Below are positions 1-13,285 of a DNA stretch of 64,000 nucleotides, piece by piece; the stretch's first letter is position 1; every line of letters starts with the position of its first letter. The notes beneath the pieces were generated by a model that worked only from the letters and a program-made list of their open reading frames with translations, was not told the DNA's origin and ran no database searches. Where the stretch lies: assembly GCA_951406725.2 (NCBI GenBank), contig OX597825.1, positions 22,940,001 through 23,004,000 of the forward strand, read 5' to 3'. This DNA is from Octopus vulgaris (Eukaryota). The position numbers and the translations under genes were made by a program.

Positions 1-95
1 CCATAATATCTCAGAAACAGCTGTAAGACTATTTCATTATAAATGTCTTGAAAAATCCTCACTGTCTTAGCTTTGTTATCTCATTCTGTTTAATA
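1..95 (+). mobile_element. 3' end of a Penelope-like terminal repeat with the 3' half of a hammerhead (5' half outside window)
   Basis: GAAAC-AGCT-GTA-AGAC at 14-29. The following ~65 bp (ttataaatgtc...atctcattctgtt) matches the reverse complement of 58325-58400, which carries a complete HHR. Confidence 0.6.
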
Positions 96-260
96 TATAT
101 GTATCCATGCTAATACAAGACACACACTAGACTCCTCTCTCGTATCATTATCGAAACAAGAGTTTAACTACGGTCTGTCCATACCATCCATAACATCCAT
201 ACCACTTACTTAGCGGTACCTGACACTCTTAGGGTCTTCTAGATACCAATACCTCGCATC

Positions 261-440
<180 letters not shown>

Positions 441-494
441 TAGTTCTAGTTCTAAAATCTCTAAAAGAGATCAACGCAGTAGTTATACTGACAG

Positions 495-795
495 GCAATA
501 TTCGTAGCTACTTCAACATGGCTGTCCGTTCGTGCGGACTCTACTACGATTTTTTAACCCCAAGAGAACATCTCCCCTAGCTGGGTAACGATGCACAGAT
601 GCATCCGATAAAATTGCTACCATCGCCAAGCGACGGGACCAGTAGACCAGTCCTGGTTTCGGGCTATTTATGACACTCTTCGCAATTGTATCGGATGCAG
701 CTGTACATTGTTAACCAATGTCCTCTTGGGGCTAAAAAAATCGCAGTAGTCTCTGCTCGAACGGACAGCCATGTTAAAGTGGCTACAAATATTAC
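495..795 (-). repeat. ~300-bp fold-back element (~110-bp imperfect arms) with a degenerate HHR in the loop
   Basis: 497-617 is the reverse complement of 683-793 apart from a 10-nt bulge. Minus-strand loop reads CGAAAGA-gtgtcataaatagccc-GAAA-CCAG-ga-CTGG-TC. Confidence 0.7.
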
Positions 796-2219
796 TTATA
801 TATATATGTTATTATATGAAAATATCATCAAAAATTATTATCAATTTAAAATACTTCCAGAATTGTACAAGAGTCTACATTTTTTTGCTTAGACTTTTGG
901 GCAATTCCTGTACTTTCCCCAACCAATAAAATATTATGTTGGATACTTTCTATTCCATAGTCGCCGTTTCTGTCAAAGAATTTTATGCTATATAAACATC
1001 ATTTATCTTCATCCTTCACACATACTGGTATACTGATAGACTGAGAGAGAGAAAGAGAGGGAGAGAGAGAGAGAAAGAGAGTGAGAAAGTGAGAGAGAAA
1101 GAAAGAGAGAGAGACAGAAAGCTACGATAATTGCAGTGCCATTTATTGTTATTTACTATGCATAATCCACTGCAGAAAATTACAGTCTATACTTGAAAAC
1201 ATAAACTTTAAAAAAATAAAATGAAATGCAAACTATAATAGATGAAAAAATTAAATAAATAAATCTTTCGCAAAAATAAAACAAATTATAGTAAACGTTA
1301 ACCAAATGCATATAAACGTAAATTATATATGGCATGCTACCGTTTTTTAATATATATATATATATATATATTAGGTTCTCTTGTTTACTGCGTAATTATT
1401 TTGAAAATATATATTTTTGTTTTCCATTACAACCATAAATTTTTAATTACTTTTTTTTTTTCAATTTTTTTCTATTTCTGTGCGTCGCTCTATTTTGTTT
1501 TCTATAATACTTTTTCACCTATCTCTATAGCTTATTTTTCTGAAGTAAATTACTTTATAATCCCTCTTGAAGTAATTATTTTAAAATAACAATGGAAAGC
1601 GCCTTGATGTGAATGGGATTATAATAGAAGACTAGGTCTATCAAATAGTTATTTTTTTTATCACGTTACATTATTGGAATAGATATGCCAATAACTTATC
1701 TACCCCACGCCGTCCACATCTCTGTATTTGAATTTTTTGTTTGATGGTTTTAACTGTTTTAACACGCATAGAAAATTTACATGTTACCATTCCTTTAAAA
1801 AAATCGTTTACCATTGACAATCTTTTATATAAATTATCAGTCTTCTTAAACATGCTCCTATCTTTAATGCTCTTTAGTAAATGCAAATACTTCGTAACAT
1901 CACTTTTTCACGCACATAAAGAGAATTATTGCTGTTTTTCCTCTTTTTTTAATGTTGTGTCACATTCTGGAATGAACAAAAGTGTTATTAAAATTAGTAG
2001 CTATTGATTTGCAACTTAACTAAGGTTTACTCTAACGCTGCAATTTAATCGCTTATATAAGCTTATTTAAATAGAAAACCTTTTAGAGACTTTATCGTAG
2101 CATTTTCAATGAGGTTTCACACTCCAGCATAACAGTTTCCAAAAATTGGTTGCCACGGTGTGTATGGAATGAATTATAATGAAACGCGACAATAGCTTTC
2201 CAAAAGGAAATATTGTTTG

Positions 2220-2548
2220 GGATCTTTACCTTTTGACATACAGATTTCAAAAATAATATTTTGTAACTAAACACTTTCAAGCTCGGACACTTGTAAAATG
2301 TGTCATATAAAGCATCTTTTACTTATAGCATTTTTGAGAAAAATTTATATTTACGAAGTTATTTCACGTTAAAGTTCTCGCATTTCGGTAAGTTCAACCA
2401 ATCAATGACGTGTATTCAGCTGAATAGAATTACTGCTGTTGTTTGTCGACAAGAGCTTCCGGCGGTGTGTATTTCGTTTGTCACTCTTTGAAAGTGTTTA
2501 GTTACAAAAAATCATTTTTTAAATCTGTAGATCAAAAGGTAAACATCC
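2220..2548. mobile_element. MITE-like element with ~60-bp imperfect terminal inverted repeats
   Basis: ggatctttaccttttga...gtaactaaacactttcaa (2220-2280) is inverted at 2488-2548. No coding capacity; TSD unclear. Confidence 0.6.
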
Positions 2549-3122
2549 TATTTTTGTACCTTTGTGTGTCTGTGTGTCTTTGTGTTTATGTGTGTGTGTG
2601 TATGTGTGTGCGGGTATGTGTATCTATGTGTGTGTGTATGTGTGTGTGTGTCTATGTGTGTGTATATGTGTGTGTGTGTGTGCATGTGTGTGTTCTATAG
2701 ACATTCGCACAGACTCGCAGCACTATTTTTCAATTACCGAACATCGGTGAACATGAACATAGATTGCATAATCCTTTGCCCAAGATGCTGCGGAGTAAGA
2801 TATGAATAGAAACCATGTTAATGCGAAGACATGTCTTACGAACTGAAATAGCTGAAAATAAAATCGGATATTCATTGCTGGATCAGCTTAAGTCGCTAAA
2901 CTGCCAGGAAAAAAAAACAACGCTAAATTTTACCTATGCTATTTATTTTTTTATTCTTTTATTCTTTTACTATTTTACTTCTTTCAGTCACTGTGAATCC
3001 GGCAGGGCTGGGGCACTGAACAAATTGAGCCGAGTACTTTTTTTTTTTAAAGTCTAGTACTTATTCTATCTGTTACGTTTGACGCTAAGTTTCAGGGATA
3101 TATATATATATATATATATATA

Positions 3123-3335
3123 ACGGTAAGCTTTATGAAAATAGACAAAAGACGAAGGCAGGTTTACGGAAATAAACAAAAGACGAAGGCAGGTGGAATA
3201 CAGACAAACAATTGTATTAGTATGGCGCTCAGGAAATATAAATGAAACAAGTCTTTAACGTTTCGAGCCTACGCTCTTCAACAGAAAGATACACAGAGAA
3301 AAAAAAACACAGAAAGAAGGAGAGAAAAAAATATG
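3123..3335 (-). mobile_element. short pLTR-like element with minimal HHR (HHR 3252-3289)
   Basis: Minus strand tcttt-CTGTTGA-A-GAGC-gtag-GCTC-GAAAC-GTT-AAAGA, followed by the family motif cctgagcg...aatac; adjacent to (TA)n. Confidence 0.65.
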
Positions 3336-3439
3336 CGTGCAAAAGCTAGCGAACACCAACACTGGATGTCAAACCGTAATGGGAGGACAAACACAGACAC
3401 AAAGGCACACACAGATATATATACACATATATGTGTGTG

Positions 3440-3472
<33 letters not shown>

Positions 3473-3525
3473 CTGTGTCTGTGTCTGTGTTTGTGTGTCT
3501 GTGTGTATGTGAGTGTGTGTATGTA

Positions 3526-3859
3526 GGCGCAATGGACCAGTGGTTAGGGCAGCGGACTTGCGATCGAAGGAACGAGGTTTCGATTCCCAGACCGGGCGTT
3601 GTGTGTGTTTATTGAGAGAAAACACCTAAAGCTTCACGAGGCTCCGGCAGGAGGCGGTGTCGATCCCTGTTATACTCTTTCGCCCCAACTTTCTCTAACT
3701 CTTTCTTCCTGTTTCTTGAGTAACGCTGCGATGGACGCCAGCCTTACTCAAGTTTCTACGGCGTATGAGTCCCCCCTAGCTGGACGGGGGAACTCCTAGA
3801 CCATAGAAACCGGGAAACCGGGCCCATGAGACTGGCTACGCATGAAAAAGGGCCCATAA

Positions 3860-3860
<1 letters not shown>
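3526..3860 (+). mobile_element. tRNA-derived SINE, family C (V/Meta-like CTGCGATGGAC core)
   Basis: A-box-like tggaccagtggttag and B-box-like ggtttcgattccc; homologous to 5651, 57971 and 59694. Confidence 0.75.
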
Positions 3861-3906
<46 letters not shown>

Positions 3907-4255
3907 ATGTTATAATGTATGTCTACATATATACGTAAATGTGTGTGTGTCTGTGCGTGTGCATGTTATACATCCTCTCAATATCACATATCCTACCGGC
4001 TCAGCGTAGTTTTAATTACTCGATGTACGTAAAGTTTTAGACGTCAATTTTAATACATTTAGAAGGAAATGGCATCAAATTTGTATTCCCTAAAGACTTT
4101 AATGACATTCTTCAAATTGGTTCGATTGATTAGTTTGATTACAGTTGTTAATTTGTTGTTAATAGCTTCAAGTTCTCCAAGACTCATGGCTGCGGGCAAC
4201 ACACCACACATGCTCACACACTCACACACATGCATATGTATATATATATATATTT

Positions 4256-4295
4256 AGGAGAGAGTTAAATACATATATACTATATATATATATAT

Positions 4296-4338
<43 letters not shown>

Positions 4339-4368
4339 AGAGAGTTATACATATTATATATATTTATA

Positions 4369-4406
<38 letters not shown>

Positions 4407-4413
4407 AGAGAGC

Positions 4414-4497
<84 letters not shown>

Positions 4498-4670
4498 TTC
4501 ATTCATATATGGATAGAAAGAAAGATGTATATGTGTATGTTTGTGAGCATTGATGTGTATATATTGCATGTGCCTCTCTGTGAGTGAGTGAGTGAGTGAG
4601 TAAGTGAGTGAGTGAGTGAGTGAGTGAGTGAGTGAGTGAGTGAGTGAGTGGGTGGGTGGGTGAGAGAGAG
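4256..4670. repeat. (TA)n and (GTGA)n microsatellite cluster
   Basis: Seen directly. Confidence 0.95.
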
Positions 4671-5540
4671 AATGTCTGTGTCTATTCGTATTCTTTTTAA
4701 TACTGACTTTCCGATTCTTCATTCAGATAAATTCGTAATATATTACTGATTGTTGCTTCCTTGTAAACAATTATCAAATCAAATGGAAGCAATGACGTAA
4801 TGCACTTAAAGATAATTCTGCACGAAGTTATACTGATATCATGAAGAAAAGAATATAAGAATGCTCAAAATTATATAAACATTATGTTTTTGATCTTCCT
4901 TCCGTATGAGACTGCAGTAATATCGTACTTAAATTATTCATATTTCACGATACAATCGAGGAACAATAGCACTGGTAGGTACATGTTTCAAAGGGGACAA
5001 CGGGGACCTACGGAGCCATTCACTGCTCTATTACCAATTTGACGACGAGCCAAGGCGTTCCCTATATCTTAGTGCAACGTAACCGTTTGCAAGAGACCTA
5101 CTTTGTTCGAAAAAACTTTAGCGGTTCTTTGGACATTTATGTTTTTCTCTCTGGTACATATAACTGAAGAATACACTTGCACACACACACACATGCAGAC
5201 TACCACAATAATACACAAATACACGCATCATGTATCCGAATCTTTTCTGTCTACCAAATTCCCTTGACAACATTTGGTCAACACAAAACTATAATACAAG
5301 AATCTTGCTATGCCACCGGACTGGGGAAGACGAGCCCATTTCTGCGAAGAGACCTGCTTAACTGTAGGCTCTCATACTCATAAGTGAAATATTTTTCTGG
5401 CTGCGATTACCCTGTTTTTTTTTTCTCGAATCCTATACAACCTCCTTCTATCATACATACATGCATACATACATATACACACACAAGTACATATACGCAT
5501 ATATATATATATGCACATATACATACACACACACACACAC

Positions 5541-5602
<62 letters not shown>

Positions 5603-5607
5603 ATGCA

Positions 5608-5638
<31 letters not shown>

Positions 5639-5650
5639 GAGTGTGTGTGT

Positions 5651-5957
5651 GGAGGCATATGACCTAGTGGTTTTAGCAGCGAACCGATAGTCGAGGGATC
5701 GCGAGTTCGAATCTCAGACCGGGCGATGTGTGTGTTTATGAGCGAAACACCTAAGCTCCACGCGGCTCCGGCAGAAGTGGCGAACTTCTACTGACTCTTT
5801 CGCCATAACTTTCTCTCACTTTCTTTCACTCTTTCCTCCTGTATCTTGCAGCTTAACTGCGATGGACCGGCGTCCCGTCCAGGTGGAGAACTTACACGCC
5901 AAGGAAACCGGGAAACCAGCCCTTATGAGACAGGGATGGCTGGAGAAGGAACAAACA
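5651..5957 (+). mobile_element. tRNA-derived SINE, family C
   Basis: ggaggcatatgacctagtgg...gttcgaatctcagaccgggcg...ctgcgatggaccggcgtcccgtccagg...gagaaggaacaaac. Confidence 0.85.
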
Positions 5958-6095
5958 ATATATACACATACACACACACAAACATACACACATATATACG
6001 AGTCAGTGAAAAAACAAAAGAAGGGGACTCAACACGTTTATTGCGAGTCACATGTATGGATCCGAGCAGTTTGATTCAAATTCGTTTGTTCTCCG

Positions 6096-6168
6096 AGTTT
6101 CGGGCGTGATGCTAATCTTCAGCCATTTTGAATTGGAATGGCTCAAGATTAGCATCACGCCCGAAACT
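6096..6168. repeat. 32-bp inverted repeat (1 mismatch, 9-nt loop) made of an HHR-core-like sequence
   Basis: agtttcgggcgtgatgctaatcttcagccatt / aatggctcaagattagcatcacgcccgaaact. Confidence 0.85.
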
Positions 6169-7104
6169 GTATGTGTGCACGCGCACGCATGTATGTTTAT
6201 ATATTATATCTTATTTGTTTCAGACATGAGACTGCGGCCATGCTAGGGCACCGCTTTGAAATTTTTTTAGTCCCAATCCCAGCAATTTTTAAAGCTTCAT
6301 ACTTATTTCATCGGTCTTTGTAAAATCTACTCGCAAGGCCTAATATTATTGCAGGTGACATTTGTACAAGATGCTACGCCGTGGGATAGAATCGGCAACT
6401 ATACATTTGCAAAGCGCGCTTTTGTGTTTTCACTCACACAGCCATTAGTCGCTATTACGTGTTTCGATTTTGAATCAACAAATTTTTGTTACAACAATCG
6501 ATTACGTTTCACTATATTGGCGTGTCAAAGGTTCTAAAACGACTCTCACACCGAATGGCTAAAGTAAACAGAAGTCACACATAGTTGGAGATACAGTTTT
6601 TTTATTTTAATAGTAAATATTTATTTAAAGTTCATCACAGTTCTATTTTTGCTCATAATCACTAGAGTGGAACTAATTTCGAAAATCATTAATTCTTTGT
6701 TTATGGCTGTTTATTGCACCGTTTAATTCATATATGTAATTATTTCATCGAACTTAAAAAAACAGAAGTCAAGGACGGAACAAGCTTGAGTTGAAAGTCA
6801 ATAAAATTTAATATTACTCTTCAATACCATTGAATTACTATATTGTGTACGTGCCAAATAAATTCCAAGCTACTGTAACTAAACTCACTTCATAAATTTA
6901 TAAATGGTTCAGATTCTATTGATTCTCTCTCCAACCGTGGCCACTCAACAAACTATATCACGATACGTTTGAACAGCTCTAGACAACAAACACACCTTCA
7001 AATTGCAAAATTACCGTTCTAGAAAAATTCAACGACACAACGGATATTAAAACCCGTGTGCTTTATTATATATTGTATAAGGCCGCCAGGGCTGGCCCGG
7101 TGGT

Positions 7105-8540
7105 TATTTCGAGTCTACGCGCTTCAACAGAAAGGAATAAGAGAAAATAAAGAGAGAGAATAAAGGAAAAACTGGTGGATTTAGCGGTCAAGTATGGCGA
7201 CTGGTTGCGAAAAAAGGTTTGACAGGAGAGGATGAAAGGATGGGAGATAATAAAGTATTAGTGATCCCGAAACTAAGGTGCGCGTGCGTGTGTGTATCTG
7301 AGTGTGTGACTTTGACGTGTGTAGATGTGTGCGAGTGTGTGTACGTTTGTAACCTGTGGGTGTGTGGATGATGGTGTGTGTGGGTGTGTGCATGATGGTA
7401 TGTGGAGTGGGTGCTGTGTAGTGGCCAGTGCTTTGGGGTGATGTGATGTGGTGTGGTTGTGTGGTGGAGTGGTGGTATGGGGTAGGGGTGTTGGGGTGTG
7501 GCTAGGGATGTGAGGTGAGGGTGGGGATGTGGAGTGTGATGTGAAGTGGGGCAGCGATGTCAGGGTGTGGTGGGGATATGGGTGTGGGGTGTGATGTGAT
7601 TTTGGGATATAGGGGAGGGTATCGGGGTGTTGCTAGGGATGTGGATGTGGGGTGGAGGTTGGGGTAGTGTGGCGTGTGTGGGGATGGGGTGTGTGGATGT
7701 GTTATCACTGAAGAGAGAAGGTGGGTAGGAGTGAAGAGAAAAAGTAGGTGTCAGTTAAGCCATGTGACGAAAAGGAGCGAAGAGAGAAGATTAATTTCTG
7801 CCAAGGGGGTAGACGGGAGTCCGGATAACTCCTATCCAAAGGCAACCCAAACACAGTTTTAGTGAATGACCGGTAGAGTGGAAATGCCTGGAGACCGGTG
7901 TGTCATTGTCGAGTCTGATAATTCCGAGGTGCTCCGCGAACTAGTTAGTCAATCGGCGTCCCGTTTGACAGCTGTACAGAGAAGGGCAATGAATGACGTT
8001 GTTATAAGTGCAGGTGAAGGAAACGGTGATATGATAGGGACGATGGTGTGTGCCTGTGAGGGCGGTGGTGTTGGAGATGTAGGGGAAAGTGAGACAGCGT
8101 GGGCAGGAGCAGGGAAACTAGTCAGGCTGGGAGTGTTAGGGAAGAAACTGTGGACCAGGAGGTCATGCAGGTTGTGAGCTTATTTGAAGGAGGGATAGGG
8201 TAGGTTGGGAAAATGTGCGAAGTGGAGCGGTCGGACTGGAGTCGCGGGAAGGTTCGGAAATGGTAGGTTAGAGGGGAAAGATGGAGGGGTGGTAGGTGAG
8301 GGGAAACGGGAGACGAACAATGGTGGGGCGGATGCAGGGAGAAATAGAGAAGAGGCACGGTCCTCGGAACGTGCCATGGCTAGGGTTGTGAAGATTGTGG
8401 TGAGGCGATATGTACGAAGGATGAAGTAGCGATAGTGAGTCTCAAAGTAATGGTGTCATTGCAGAGCCTGCGCAGACAGGGGAATTGGGAGAAGTGGATG
8501 GAGATTTTGGTGTACGTAGGGTGGGTGAAGGATATATGTA
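7105..8540 (-). mobile_element. 5'-truncated Penelope-like retroelement (Neptune-type GIY-YIG endonuclease remnant, low-complexity 3' UTR, terminal HHR)
   Basis: Minus frame ~8135-7922 reads FPCSCPRCLTFPYISNTTALTG..YHITVSFTCTYNNVIHC-PSLYSCQTGRRLTN*FAEHL (CxxC linker plus GIY-YIG). Degenerate HHR CTGTTGA-AGCGC..ACTC-GAAA at 7107-7135. Confidence 0.85.
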
Positions 8541-8542
8541 TC

Positions 8543-8670
8543 GGATCCATAGCTCAGTTGATTAGAGCACCAGTCTACTAAATTGGAGGTCGAATGTTCA
8601 ATTTTCCTTAGTGCCTTGGTTTTACTGTTGGTACCCCAGCGTGGCCGCAGCCTCCAGGTTGGAACTTATA
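8543..8670 (+). mobile_element. tRNA-like head (tRNA pseudogene or SINE remnant)
   Basis: tagctcagttgattagagc A box, ccagt-ctactaa-attgg anticodon arm, gttcaattt B-box-like; acceptor stem does not pair. Confidence 0.45.
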
Positions 8671-8684
8671 AAAGTATAGAAGGA

Positions 8685-8999
8685 TATATATGTGTATGTA
8701 TGCATGTATGTATGTATGTATGTATGTATGTATGTATGTATGTATGTATGTATGTATGTATGTATGTATGTATGTATGTATGTATGTATGTGTTCGACGG
8801 TTTTCGACCTTCGAATCCAATCACAAGCTTTTTTTCGGCTGGGACTATAGTACAAGACACTCGCCCGAAGGTGCCACGCTATGGGACTAGACATGGAAAC
8901 GTGATTGCGGGGGAGGCTTCTTACAATTGGGCACACCTATGGATATTACACACACAGGCACGCGCACATTCGCACAGACAGACAGACAGACAGACAGAC

Positions 9000-9036
<37 letters not shown>

Positions 9037-9039
9037 TAC

Positions 9040-9105
<66 letters not shown>
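8685..9105. repeat. (TATG)n and (GACA)n/(GATA)n microsatellites around a degenerate family-A SINE fragment
   Basis: Seen directly. Confidence 0.9.
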
Positions 9106-9106
<1 letters not shown>

Positions 9107-9897
9107 AGTGCACACGTGACCGCGGGTATGTGTCTAAGTAGGCACATATGTATGTATATGGGTGTAGGTACGTGAGTATATATGGACGTTTGTGTATATG
9201 AATGCATGTATGTCCGTATGTATGCTCATCCGTACTTACATATATATTCTTATATACGTATGCATGTATGACTATGTTGCGCATTTATGCGAATGTTCAT
9301 ACACGATAGCCTTTTTTTTTTTCAATTTTCTGTATAAGCCTACGCAAAAGAATTGGCTTCCACCTAAACATCAGAATGCAATCGTTGGCATTTAGGTAAA
9401 AAACCCCAAAAAAATACATTAAAATGTTATCTATTTAGTCTAAAAGAATTCTTTCATATTTTCACTTTTGCACTTGGAAATTGAATTTGTAGAATTTGTG
9501 TTTCTTTGCTCGAAAACTGCAGCTTTCTGAGATTATAATTTCAACACTTTCTCACATAACCGTGTTTGCCATTCATTATGAATGCAAATGTTTAGCTATA
9601 ATCTGAAAAGAGAATTTGGAAATTTCCGACGAGCTTTGCACGAACGTTTTGCTTATAATTAACGGAATTAAATATTCGCATTAGTTGTGCAGTTCACCTC
9701 TAAATCAGGTACATAATTTATGAGTAAATACGCGTATGTCCATGCGTGCGTAAAAATATATGTGTGTTTGTCTGTGTGCCTTTGTGCGCCTGTGCGCGTA
9801 TATGTATATTTATGCACATATATATATATACACACACACATACATACATGTATATATATATATGCATATATGTATATATATACATATGTATATATAC

Positions 9898-9968
<71 letters not shown>

Positions 9969-10236
9969 TACATGCATGTATGAATGAATGAGAGGAACTG
10001 GATGGATTTATTGGGTTTACTTAATTTGTAGATATGCGGATTTTGTGTAGATTCTTCTTGCAATTATATAAACACAGCATAGCGATGCTGATTATTCACC
10101 GAAGAATCTGATACATGCCACTGTCTCCTCCAATCGTGCATTCTTCGATGACTTCAAAAGCAGTAGTAAAGAAAACAAACCGCACAGTCAACCACCGGAT
10201 AGCTTGATATGATACATATATATGTATTTATCTATA

Positions 10237-10552
10237 GGCGCAGGAGTGGCTGTGTGGTAAGTAGCTTGCTTACCAACCACATGGTTCCGGGTTCATTCCT
10301 ACTGCGTGGCAACTTGGGCAAGTGTTTGCCAGTATAGACTCGGGCCGACCAAAGCCTTGTGAGTGGATTTGAAGAAGCCCGTCGTATATGTTTATATATG
10401 TATATGTATGTGTGTGTATATGTTTGTGTGTCTGTTTCTGCCCCCCACCCATGACATCGCTTGACAACCGATGCTGTTGTGTTTATGTCCCGTAACTTAG
10501 CGGTTCGGCAAAAGAAAACGGTAGAATAAGTACTAAGCTTACAAAGAATAAG
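10237..10552 (+). mobile_element. tRNA-derived SINE, family A (internal TA/TG microsatellite)
   Basis: ggcgcaggagtggctgtgtggtaagtagcttgcttaccaaccacatggttccgggttca...; homologous to >15 copies in the window. Confidence 0.9.
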
Positions 10553-11142
10553 CTCTGCGAAGGGAGCTGTAAGTTGTTATGAAGATGCATGTGTCAGAAT
10601 AATGGTTTGGACATTGTAGCGGAAAGCAAGAAAATGGTTGTAGCAAATGTGTTTTGTAGGATATATGAATGTGTATAGATGTAATTTGTTAATTTGGCGA
10701 CGCTGGTATCTGTAGCGGTGTCTAATAATGATCTGTGCGTATCTTAAGTGTGTATTGTGAAAACTTGGGTGTTACTCTGGGTGAGCGATTGTGTATGTGC
10801 AAAAAAATGTGCCGAGTATGAGGTCGAACGCGCGTACAATGTGATAAGTGACATTTATGCTTGTCTACTTTTGTTTAATTCAATTCAAAAGCGCGTTTTC
10901 GTGGAACAGTTGAAGTATTCCCCGTGGTTGCTGTTCGCGTGAAAATTGAGAAGTTCCCACATAAACTTTCCGTGTCGATGCGCGTGACACTCAGACTCGG
11001 TGTACTTTGGCCCACCTGTACTATCTACTCCATTCCAGTAATAATAGTTTGGGTTAAAATGACTAAATTAGTTTTGCATAACTGAGTCATTATTCAGCAG
11101 TATGAATTTTGTATTTTGAAATAACATTATATATTGCAAATA

Positions 11143-11523
11143 AGGCGGCGAGCTGGCAGAATCGTTAGCACACCAGGAGAAATGCTTAGCGGTACTTCGA
11201 CTGCCGTTACGTTCTGAGTTCAAATTCCGCCGATGTCGACGTTACCTTTCATCCTTTCGGGGTCGATTAAATAACTACCAGTTACGCACTGAGGTCGATA
11301 TAATCGACTTAATCCGTTTGTCTGTTCTTGTTTGTCCCATCTGTGTGTAGCTCCGCGTGGGTAGTAAAGAAATAGGTACTTCGTCTGCCTCCACGTTCCG
11401 AGTTCAAATTCCGTCGTGGTCGACTTTGCCTTTCATCCTTTAAGGGTCGATTAAATAATACCAGTTGCGCACTGGGGTTGATATAATCGACTTAATCCCT
11501 CTGTCTGTCCTTGTTTGTCCCCT
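11143..11523 (+). mobile_element. tRNA-derived SINE, family B (Nin-domain-like core) with internal duplication
   Basis: ggcggcgagctggcagaatcgttagc...gtcgactttgcctttcatcctttcggggtcgattaaataa; body repeated at 11375-11523. Confidence 0.85.
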
Positions 11524-12199
11524 CTATGAGAAACTGAGAGTGTGCGTATGCGTTTGTGTTTGTGTTTGTCTATCTGTCTGTCTGTGCGCTTATCTGTGTA
11601 TATGTTTCTTTGTGCGTTTTTGTGTCTGTGTTTGTCACTTCTTCTGTGTTCTATTAATGTTTCTTTAATATAAACACAACCTGAATTTGTTTAACTTTTA
11701 AGATTTATTTTAAAAAAGCATGTTCTAAACTTTTAACAACGATGTTTAAACTAGTTGTTGATAACAGTAGTAATATATTATCGCTGACATTTTCCTTATG
11801 ACAAATTGATGTAAGTAGGTGGCATGACTCGGTGAACTCCGAGTCTTCCATTATCGTAGTTTACAAATTCCTGAAAAATATTATTTATGGATGGATTTAG
11901 CAAGAGCTCAAAGGGCGACACTGATTTATCAAGATAAATCGTAACAGCCCTGCATCAAATATTTCTGCTGGTGGACATTCTGAGTGACACCTTCATATTA
12001 GAAATAGTTTATCATGATATTGAATAATCATTGATAATCTTTATTCAATTGACATGATATATTAGTCTCAGCGATTTCATGTCTTCAATGATTTCATTTA
12101 GATAAGGAAAGTGGGTGAAACAACAGTTATTCTGAACAGAATTTTCACCTTGACAAATTTACATAATATGAGACATTAAATAAGAACATACAAAGTTCA

Positions 12200-12264
<65 letters not shown>

Positions 12265-12337
12265 TACATACATGCAGGCGTCTGTGTATGTACTTCTATG
12301 TGTGTGTACGTTTATGTATGTGTGTGAGTATATATAT

Positions 12338-12596
12338 ATTTCTTTACTACCCACAAGGGGCTAAACATAGAGGGGACAAACAAGGACAGACAAAGGGATT
12401 AAGTCGTTTACATCGACCCAGAGCGAAACTGGTACTTTATTTCGATTACATCGACCCAGTGCGAAACTGGTACTTTATTTATCGACTCCGAAAGGATGAA
12501 AGGCAAAGTCGACCTCGGCGGAATTTGAACTCAGAACGTAACGCCAGACGAAATACCGCTAAGCATTTCGCCCGGCGCGCTAACGCTTCTGCCAGC
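12338..12596 (-). mobile_element. SINE family B
   Basis: Reverse complement of the family B sequence. Confidence 0.85.
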
Positions 12597-12601
12597 ATCA
12601 C

Positions 12602-12698
<97 letters not shown>

Positions 12699-13285
12699 TG
12701 AGTGAGTATGAGAGGATATGAACTATCTAAATTATGCTAAGCAGAAGTAAAAGAAACTTATCCTATGAGAGTTTATCTCCGTATTAATTCTGCATTAAAA
12801 GCGAGTATCAGGTATATCTTTGCCAAGCCTAATAGTATTGCGGTTAGCAGTCTAGAATAGAGGAAAATTGATCTTCATTCTGTATGCTATTCTTTCTGGC
12901 AATACCTTATAAATTGCTTATCGATATACCAATATTTTACAATCGTATGGATTTGAATAGTTAACTGGAAAACTATGTAAAACTGTCAGAATGCATGACA
13001 TAAATATATATCATGCTTATGAACCTAGGTAATATATTGACAAAGGTTTAACATATAAAGAAAAGTCAAAAGACATTTTCGTATTGCTGAAGAATTTCTG
13101 AGCTCCCCATCGTAAATAAAAGACCAAAATATCTTCTAAGGTAATCTATTCAAAATCTATTGCGAAGATGGAAATGTGATATTCTTCAAACAAAAAGTAT
13201 AGACAATACCGTATTGGACTGTGAAAGCTCTGGTGTTTATTGACTTCGAACTTTGAGCATGAGGGGCTATACTCATACATGTGTA

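Noticed and set aside
7866-8429. + strand ORFs (103 aa and 74 aa)
   Set aside because: Antisense shadows of the minus-strand Penelope endonuclease remnant
8543-8615. Functional tRNA gene
   Set aside because: Acceptor and T stems do not pair; treated as a SINE head or pseudogene
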